Source: Clostridia bacterium (GTDB lineage Bacteria; Bacillota; Clostridia; Oscillospirales; CAG-272). Taken from it: a DNA stretch of 64,000 nucleotides. This document shows positions 9,323-14,914 of this stretch, one piece after another (position 1 is the first letter of the stretch; the number at the start of each line of letters is the position of its first letter). Under the pieces are notes generated by a model. It saw nothing but the letters and a program-made list of their open reading frames with translations, did no database searches and had not been told where the DNA came from. The DNA lies in assembly GCA_017935065.1 (NCBI GenBank), contig JAGBIF010000031.1:302-64301 (forward strand), in the 5' to 3' direction. The position numbers and the translations under genes are program-made.

Positions 9323-10348
9323 TCACTTTTTCTCGGTCTTTACCCCGATTTTCTCAAGGCTACTTAAAATCATAACCTTGTTTTCGTATGAGATTATCTC
9401 ATTCAGACTTATGTGGCTGAACTTTTTGAGATACATCTCAATGCCCCTGTCAAATTCCGACTCATCAAGCCTTACTCTGAGGATTTTCTTTCTGTAGTCA
9501 ATGGCACAGTCCACCTCGGTCTTTACATCCTCGGATGAGGTAGAGTTTTTACTGCAAAGAAGTATTACCGCGGAGGCATGCTCAAGCTTGTCGGCAATCA
9601 CATTTTTCCAGTTGTCACCGACAGGAATGCCCGCGTCATACCATACGCGCACACCGTGAAACTGCAAAAAGGCAAGGAATTCACCCGCCACCGTTCTGTC
9701 AAGGTGAGAATAGCTCATAAATACATAGTTTTCACTGCCCTGATAGGGGGCCTCTACATAGGCAGAGTCAAGAAACCTCTTTTGCCTTTCCTTTGATTTT
9801 TCAATAAGGACATCAAGCTGTGTCCTTATCGCTTCAAAGTTGAAATTAGAGCTTTCACCGCCGTAAATCATAATATAGTCGAACAGCGCTCGGTTTTTGA
9901 CAATAACATCCGCTACGGTGTCACCCATAGCAAGGCGGGGCTGAGCCTCGGCATCAGAAAGCCCCTTTGCCCGTATAAGCTCAAGCTGAGCGCTTTTGTC
10001 TATGTATACACCCACGATAGGAACGGCATCACCGTAGCCTGCTTGAATGTGGTGCAAAAACTCAATGTTATCGCTCGTCATACACAAAATAGCGTTCTCG
10101 TTTCCGTAAATGGCGTCAAAAATATCCGCCTTGTTAAAGCCCGCGTAGCCGTAATTCGTGCGGTACTTGAAGTCACAGGAATCAAGCCTTTCCCTGTCGC
10201 TGAGCTTTCTTTCGGTAAAGTAGGATTTCACAGGCGTGTCCTTGTCCTCAAGCACCACCTTTTCAATCACGCGAAACCCGCGCGACATCATATACCGCCT
10301 CGTCTCGTCCCCCACCGAAAGTGTAAGACCGTAAAAAACCATTAGCAT
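9323..10348 (-). CDS. TIR-domain protein with an unassigned ~200-aa N-terminal domain
   Basis: 341 aa. The C-terminal TIR pattern is YVFMSYSHLDRTVAGEFLAFLQFHGVRVWYDAGIPVGDNWKNVIADKLEHASAVILLCSKNSTSSEDVKTEVDCAI. A GGGAGGA Shine-Dalgarno sequence lies 8 nt upstream of the ATG. Confidence 0.8.
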   Translation of the reverse strand: MLMVFYGLTLSVGDETRRYMMSRGFRVIEKVVLEDKDTPVKSYFTERKLSDRERLDSCDFKYRTNYGYAGFNKADIFDAIYGNENAILCMTSDNIEFLHHIQAGYGDAVPIVGVYIDKSAQLELIRAKGLSDAEAQPRLAMGDTVADVIVKNRALFDYIMIYGGESSNFNFEAIRTQLDVLIEKSKERQKRFLDSAYVEAPYQGSENYVFMSYSHLDRTVAGEFLAFLQFHGVRVWYDAGIPVGDNWKNVIADKLEHASAVILLCSKNSTSSEDVKTEVDCAIDYRKKILRVRLDESEFDRGIEMYLKKFSHISLNEIISYENKVMILSSLEKIGVKTEKK

Positions 10349-10402
10349 AGTGTTGTCCTCCCTGTCTTTGTTAATTTAAGTCCCCCAAAAGCGCCCCCGC
10401 CC

Positions 10403-10679
10403 CTACTCGCCATCCTTCGCGGTGGTGATGGAGGCGATGAGTTTTCTACGAATAGCACCGCATTTGTTAGAAAGCATTTTATATGTACTTTCGTCTATTG
10501 AGCCGACCTTGAAAAGAATTTCAAGCCAATAGTCGGTTTCATAGCACTCCTTGAGAGCGATTTCAAGTTTATTTATAAAGTCTGCCGTGCTTTGAGCATA
10601 TTTAGCTCAATCTCCTTCTTCTTCGATATGTTATACCGTACTGCTGTAAAACGAACTTTTGAGTTTCACTCGAAATCAT
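10403..10679 (-). pseudogene. Decayed four-helix-bundle protein gene (TIGR02436 / former 23S rRNA IVS protein family; Avd-like fold)
   Basis: Manual translation of the minus strand gives ...AKYAQSTADFINKLEIALKECYETDYWLEILFKVGSIDESTYKMLSNKCGAIRRKLIASITTAKDGE*, which matches the C-terminal half of the family. The N-terminal part (MISSETQKFVLQQYGI...) is in another frame and is interrupted by stops. Confidence 0.5.
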
Positions 10680-10696
10680 TATTTGTCCCTGCTTAA

Positions 10697-10859
10697 AAAT
10701 GATGTTGCGGCAAGCCGCAAATGATGTTATGCTCTGCATAAATGATGTTGGCTTCGCCAAATGATGTAGGTTTGCCGACCTTTCCGTTTTCGCGTAGCGA
10801 AACATCATTCGCGAAGCGACATCGTTGCCGAAGGCACATCATTTTGCCGTCAGGCAAAC
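10697..10859. repeat. Mini-hairpin array with constant word AATGATGT; orientation flips mid-array to ACATCATT
   Basis: AATGATGT occurs at 10698, 10720, 10741 and 10760, each followed by a different 11-14 nt hairpin (TGCGGCAAGCCGCA, TATGCTCTGCATA, TGGCTTCGCCA, AGGTTTGCCGACCT). After that come CGCGTAGCG-AACATCATT-CGCGAAGCG-ACATCGT-TGCCGAAGGCA-CATCATTT-TGCCGTCAGGCA. The array starts directly after the rlmD stop. Confidence 0.8.
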
Positions 10860-12239
10860 CTAATTCGAGTCTCGTCGTGTGAGACACACGACGGACTCGA
10901 CATGCCCCGTCAGGGCAAACATATCCCACCCCTCGGCTTTCTCTGTCGTATATCCATAGTCAAAAAACGCCTTCACATCTCTTGCCAGCGTTTGCGGGTT
11001 GCAGGAAATGTAGACTATGCGCTTGGGAGAGATTTCTGATACGAATTTTATAAGCTCACCGTCACAGCCTGCACGCGGGGGGTCGAGGACTACTACCGTT
11101 GGCGAAATTTTCCTGCCAAGCTTGGCCTCGGCACTCGCGAGAAGTCCGCGTGTGTCGGTGGCGTCGCCTACGAAGAAGTGCGCGTTTTCTATACCGTTAA
11201 TACGCGCGTTTTCCTCAGCGCACCTGATAGCGTCGGGGATTATCTCAATGCCAATAACCTCGCCCGCATCTCTTGCCATCGAAAGACCTATTGAGCCTGT
11301 CCCGCAAAAGAGGTCGAGAAGCGTGTCCTCTCGCGTGAGCGAGGCAAGCTCGCGCGCTCTGGCATATATAGCATCCGCCACATCGTGGTTGACCTGATAG
11401 AAGGATGGCGCGGTAATCTTAAGCCTCACACCGCCGAGGGTGTCAAGGATATAATCATCCCCAAAGAGCCTCTGCCACCTCTGCCCGAGAATTACGTTGG
11501 TGTCGGCCTGATTTATGTTCAGCATAATGCCCGATACGTAAGGGTGCGCGCGCGATATCCTCTCACACAGAGCATCCGCGTGAGGAAGAGTATCCGAGTT
11601 TATTACAAGCGTTAAGAGAATTTTACCGCTCTCGTGCGAGCGCCTCATATAAATATGGCGGATAATACCCCCACCGCTTTTTTCATCGTACGCGGGGATA
11701 GAGTATTCGTAAAAGAGCTCGCGCAGTGTCGTCAGCACCGCGTGAAAATCGGGGTGCGACAGCGGACAGTCTGACGCCTCGGTGACGTTGTGCGACTTGG
11801 GCGCGAAAAAGCCGATAACATACTCACCGTCCTTGGTTTGCCTTACAGGGTACTGTGCCTTGTTTCGGTAGCCAAGCTCGCTTGGCGAGGGATTAACGGG
11901 CGGAACCGTGACGTCGCAAAGACCAGCCTTCACAAAGGCGTTCCTTATATCGTCGCGCTTGAAGTTGAGCTCATACTCGTAAGGCACGTTTTTATACGCG
12001 CACGAGCGACAGCGGGTGTTAGAGCATCTCGCCTCGGTGCGCATAGGGGAGGGAGTGATTATTCTCTCTAGCCTTGCGACACAGTAGCTTGAGGTAGCCT
12101 TTATTATCCTCGCGCTGACGGTATCCTCGGGGACGGCATCCTGTACGAATACTACCATACCGCAGGACTTGCCGACACCGAAGCCAAGGTTAGTCAGATC
12201 TTCAATTTTCAGAGTTATAATATCGTTCTTCTTTGGCAT
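10860..12239 (-). CDS. rlmD: 23S rRNA (uracil-C5)-methyltransferase, RlmD/RumA family (TRAM + Fe-S + SAM MTase)
   Basis: 459 aa. It has an N-terminal TRAM-like start (DIITLKIEDLTNLGFGVGK), the Cys cluster CSNTRCRSCAYK, and the SAM motif LLDLFCGTGSIG ... VVLDPPRAGC. Confidence 0.85.
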   Translation of the reverse strand: MPKKNDIITLKIEDLTNLGFGVGKSCGMVVFVQDAVPEDTVSARIIKATSSYCVARLERIITPSPMRTEARCSNTRCRSCAYKNVPYEYELNFKRDDIRNAFVKAGLCDVTVPPVNPSPSELGYRNKAQYPVRQTKDGEYVIGFFAPKSHNVTEASDCPLSHPDFHAVLTTLRELFYEYSIPAYDEKSGGGIIRHIYMRRSHESGKILLTLVINSDTLPHADALCERISRAHPYVSGIMLNINQADTNVILGQRWQRLFGDDYILDTLGGVRLKITAPSFYQVNHDVADAIYARARELASLTREDTLLDLFCGTGSIGLSMARDAGEVIGIEIIPDAIRCAEENARINGIENAHFFVGDATDTRGLLASAEAKLGRKISPTVVVLDPPRAGCDGELIKFVSEISPKRIVYISCNPQTLARDVKAFFDYGYTTEKAEGWDMFALTGHVESVVCLTRRDSN

Positions 12240-12251
12240 AGGATACCTTTT

Positions 12252-13103
12252 TTAGATGAAATCGTTCTTGAATTTGTTTCTGTATTCCTTGGGTGTCATA
12301 CCGAATTGCGCCTTGAAGGTCTTGGTAAAATAGGATGCGTCGGTAAAGCCCGTATCGTCGGCAATATCCGCAATAGCGCGGTCGGTGCATTCAAGCAGTC
12401 TCATAGCGCACTTGATGCGGTAGCTGATAACATACTGATGAAGCGTTATGCCCTTGCGGTCCTTAAGCATCTTGCTGATGTAGAAGGGGTGGTAGCCGAA
12501 AATCGCGCCAAGCTCGGTATTGGAGATTTCATCGTGGACGTTGTCGCGTATGTAGCTGTCAAGGTTTTCTACCATAGAGGCGGGAAGGGCGTTTTTATCG
12601 GAATGCTCGGCTATTTTGAGCATAATAAGCTTCAGATTTGCCGATATCTCGGCAAGATAGCTACCCTCTGCCGAGGTGAAAATATTGTTAAGCTTAATAA
12701 AGCTGTCGCGCATAGCCTCAACGTCCTCAAGTAAAATAGGCTTGTCAAAGGGCGCTGTGTCCTCGCTCGCTCGGCAAAGGGTGCTGTCATATTCCGAGAC
12801 AGGCGAGGGCGCGGGGCAGGGGATATGCGAGAATTTGTCGGTAAGGTCAAAGGCTATCACCACCGCGCGGAAATACTTTGCGCGAAGCGAATACTCACAT
12901 CCTGCGGGAATATATAGAAGCATACCTGGGCCAAGCTTAGCCTTGGATTTTCCCCCGAGGGTATATGTAAGCTCGCCCGAGATAAGGTAAATCAGCCTTG
13001 CGTCATAGGAGATGCAGGGCTCGGTGCGGTTAATTCTCTCGTATTGAGAAACACTGTGAATATCGGGATTAAGATAAGCAAAATTCATAAAAACACACCC
13101 CAA
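12252..13103 (-). CDS. AraC family transcriptional regulator (cupin sensor + HTH)
   Basis: 283 aa. The C-terminus IADIADDTGFTDASYFTKTFKAQFGMTPKEYR is the AraC HTH signature. Confidence 0.85.
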   Translation of the reverse strand: MGCVFMNFAYLNPDIHSVSQYERINRTEPCISYDARLIYLISGELTYTLGGKSKAKLGPGMLLYIPAGCEYSLRAKYFRAVVIAFDLTDKFSHIPCPAPSPVSEYDSTLCRASEDTAPFDKPILLEDVEAMRDSFIKLNNIFTSAEGSYLAEISANLKLIMLKIAEHSDKNALPASMVENLDSYIRDNVHDEISNTELGAIFGYHPFYISKMLKDRKGITLHQYVISYRIKCAMRLLECTDRAIADIADDTGFTDASYFTKTFKAQFGMTPKEYRNKFKNDFI

Positions 13104-13208
13104 AATATTTTTGCGTGAAATTTTAAAAGTTTTATAATATATATTGTAGCACCTTTTGTGCTTAAAATCAACAAATTATTCAAATTTTGATTTTTTTTAA
13201 AAAAAGGG

Positions 13209-13237
13209 TTGACAAAGCAAAAATAATATGCTAGAAT
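13209..13237 (+). promoter_or_regulatory. Sigma-A type promoter for tRNA-Glu
   Basis: TTGACA (13209-13214), a 17-nt spacer ending in TGc, then TAGAAT (13232-13237), about 20 nt upstream of the tRNA 5' end. Confidence 0.65.
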
Positions 13238-13256
13238 GTCTAGGCGTGATAAGCAA

Positions 13257-13331
13257 GGCTCGTTGGTCAAGCGGCTAAGACACGGCCCTCTCAAGGCTGA
13301 AACATGGGTTCGATTCCCGTACGAGTCACCA
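13257..13331 (+). tRNA. tRNA-Glu (anticodon CUC), CCA encoded
   Basis: Hand-folded cloverleaf. The acceptor is GGCTCGT/ACGAGTC, the D-arm is GTCAAGCGGCTAAGAC, and the anticodon stem is CGGCC/GGCTG with loop CTCTCAA. The T-arm is ATGGG-TTCGATT-CCCGT, with discriminator A plus CCA. It closely resembles the Firmicute tRNA-Glu scaffold. Confidence 0.9.
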
Positions 13332-13337
13332 AAGAAG

Positions 13338-13367
13338 AAACCACCCATTTCGGGTGGTTTTTTCTTT
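13338..13367 (+). terminator. Intrinsic terminator after tRNA-Glu
   Basis: AAACCACCC-ATTTC-GGGTGGTTT followed by TTTCTTT. Confidence 0.8.
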
Positions 13368-13494
13368 GGTACCTCGTACGGCTAGACACGCACCCACTCG
13401 GGGCGTAAAATGCCACGAATTGGGTTCGTGTCCACATCCGCGCTGTTTCTCTGTGAGAAACCTTGCCAAGCGCGGATGATTCCCGTACGAGTCA
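13368..13494 (+). repeat. tRNA-Glu-derived structured element, copy 1
   Basis: It shares CGGCTA-GACACG and GATTCCCGTACGAGTCA with the tRNA. It folds as a closing helix (13373-13381 with 13483-13491) around two long hairpins (13385-13432 and 13437-13476). Confidence 0.6.
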
Positions 13495-13522
13495 GACACC
13501 ACAAAAGATGGTGTCTTTTTTT
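13495..13522 (+). terminator. Intrinsic terminator after element copy 1
   Basis: GACACCA-CAAAAGA-TGGTGTC followed by TTTTTTT. Confidence 0.75.
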
Positions 13523-13528
13523 CGTTCT

Positions 13529-13649
13529 GGTACCTCGTACGGCTAGACACGCACCCACTCGGGGCGCAAAGCGCCACGAATTGGGTTCGTGTCCACAGGC
13601 ACGCCGTCTCTGTGCGAGAGACCTTGCCAGGCGCGGATGATTCCCGTAC
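13529..13649 (+). repeat. tRNA-Glu-derived structured element, copy 2
   Basis: It lies 161 bp downstream of copy 1. The first ~37 nt and the central helix are identical. The differences fall as paired compensatory changes in three helices. Confidence 0.6.
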
Positions 13650-13676
13650 TTCGGACGCCAATAGGTGTGTCCGAAA

Positions 13677-13780
13677 ATGAAGCACACTCGAGGCGGGGTG
13701 TGCTTCGCTTCATACGAGCGTAGCGAGTGCTTCATAGTTGAATAGCAACTGCTTCATATTGACAAGGTCAATGCTTCATT
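13677..13780. repeat. Mini-hairpin array with constant word GCTTCAT
   Basis: GCTTCAT occurs at 13707, 13729, 13751 and 13773, and its complement ATGAAGC at 13677. These are separated by hairpins: GAAGCACAC...GTGTGCTTC, AGTTGAATAGCAACT and ATTGACAAGGTCAAT. Confidence 0.75.
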
Positions 13781-13812
13781 TTACCACCGTTCTTCCTCTT
13801 GCGCATTTTCTC

Positions 13813-13841
13813 TTGCAATTTGTTTCATTATATGCTATAAT
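13813..13841 (+). promoter_or_regulatory. Sigma-A type promoter
   Basis: TTGCAA, a 17-nt spacer ending in TGc, then TATAAT, 35 nt upstream of the 13876 ATG. Confidence 0.55.
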
Positions 13842-13875
13842 ACCACAGGAAAATATTTTCACGAGGTACTGAAAA

Positions 13876-14238
13876 ATGAAATTTATCGGGTTTTGGTCAA
13901 AGCAGATGATCGTCGCGGAGTTTGACGAGATGCTTGCCTGCCGTCATTATTACCGTGACGGGGAATACTGTGAGGAGGGCTTCTGGGTAGTAAGAGCCAG
14001 CCTTGGCAGGGGCGCTAATGTGCGCGAGTATTACCTCTGCCCTGTCGATAAGGACAGCAAGGACGGCTACCGCCCCTTCCGTGACTGTGACGAGGCAAAC
14101 CTCTTTATTGAAAGGGCGCTTAAGCTCGGTGTTGATAATATCGACCTTCGCTCGCATAACGTCTGCTGTGCCTTTATGGAGGATACCTACGCCAAGGTAA
14201 GCCTGCTTAATAAGAGCGAGTTTTCGGGCGCGGAATAA
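13876..14238 (+). CDS. Hypothetical protein (120 aa, Cys-rich, cytoplasmic)
   Basis: The ORF has its own promoter and an AGGT-type ribosome-binding site. I recognise no motif. Confidence 0.5.
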   Translation: MKFIGFWSKQMIVAEFDEMLACRHYYRDGEYCEEGFWVVRASLGRGANVREYYLCPVDKDSKDGYRPFRDCDEANLFIERALKLGVDNIDLRSHNVCCAFMEDTYAKVSLLNKSEFSGAE

Positions 14239-14370
14239 TTAGAAGATTTCAAAAAAGCGCAAACGTCTTTTTGCTAAGACGGTGTTAAATAGTCTTAAAA
14301 TGTAATCTATACCGTACAAAATGGCAGTATTTATTCAAATTATATTCCGACATAAAACGAGGGCTTCCTT

Positions 14371-14679
14371 ATGCTTCCTGAAATTCTTGAAATAATTATG
14401 ATACTTTGCTTCGGCATCTCATGGCCGTTTAACGTGGCGCGCTCTTACCGAGCGAGGACAACGAAGGGCAAGAGCCTTGTGTTTCTTATCTGTATTATCG
14501 TAGGCTATATTGCAGGCATCGCCTCAAAGCTTACGAGCGAGGCGTATATGAATGCCTTTTCCGAGAAGTGGTACGTGCTTATCTTCTATTTTATAAACAT
14601 AGTTATGGTATGTGCCGACCTCGTTATCTACATAAGAAACTACCGCCTTGACAAAGCTCACTCGTGCGAGGAGACATAA
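14371..14679 (+). CDS. Small 3-TM membrane protein, PQ-loop/SemiSWEET-like
   Basis: 102 aa. The layout is TM1, then WPFNVARSYRARTTKGKS, then TM2 and TM3. This matches the SemiSWEET/PQ-loop layout (TM, PQ-like turn, basic stretch, G.S). Confidence 0.4.
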   Translation: MLPEILEIIMILCFGISWPFNVARSYRARTTKGKSLVFLICIIVGYIAGIASKLTSEAYMNAFSEKWYVLIFYFINIVMVCADLVIYIRNYRLDKAHSCEET

Positions 14680-14700
14680 GCTCTGCTGAGCTTTATATGA

Positions 14701-14749
14701 TCAACCTCTTTTGCGAAGTAATTTGCACAAAAGAGGTTGATTATTTTTG
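14701..14749 (+). terminator. Intrinsic terminator
   Basis: TCAACCTCTTTTG (14701-14713) pairs with CAAAAGAGGTTGA (14728-14740), followed by TTATTTTTG. Confidence 0.75.
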
Positions 14750-14799
14750 TAAAGAGTTCATAAATATTCGAGGCAAATATTAATTTTCTGCGAGTTGCC

Positions 14800-14828
14800 T
14801 TGAAATCACTGCCGTGTGTATATATAAT
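14800..14828 (+). promoter_or_regulatory. Sigma-A type promoter for the lipoprotein paralog pair
   Basis: TTGAAA, a 17-nt spacer, then TATAAT (14823-14828). Confidence 0.55.
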
Positions 14829-14914
14829 TATAATAGTAAAATATTTTATATTTCTTATTTTATTTATACACGCGCATACTCGCGTGTATTTCATATGAAG
14901 AGGAGAAACTTGAA

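Noticed and set aside
6290-10348. Calling the TIR cassette a Thoeris system
   Set aside because: Thoeris requires a ThsA effector (SIR2 or Macro/TM type). No SIR2, Macro or SLOG-like motifs are visible in the neighbouring ORFs, so the label would be unsupported.
10697-10859. Hairpin-word arrays (this one and those at 13677, 20400, 21041, 21269 and 28174) as CRISPR arrays
   Set aside because: The repeated unit is only 6-9 nt. The variable segments are 9-22 nt palindromes rather than 30-40 nt unique spacers. Word orientation flips within an array. No cas genes are present.
13368-13649. The two tRNA-derived units as additional functional tRNA genes
   Set aside because: I could not fold a cloverleaf. 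There is no 7-nt anticodon loop on a 5-bp stem, no proper D-arm, no CCA or discriminator context, and the length (~125 nt) is far above tRNA size.
13085-13735. Minus-strand ORFs of 87, 119 and 117 aa across the tRNA region
   Set aside because: They run antisense through the tRNA-Glu gene, its terminator and the structured repeats. They duplicate each other only because the DNA repeats do.
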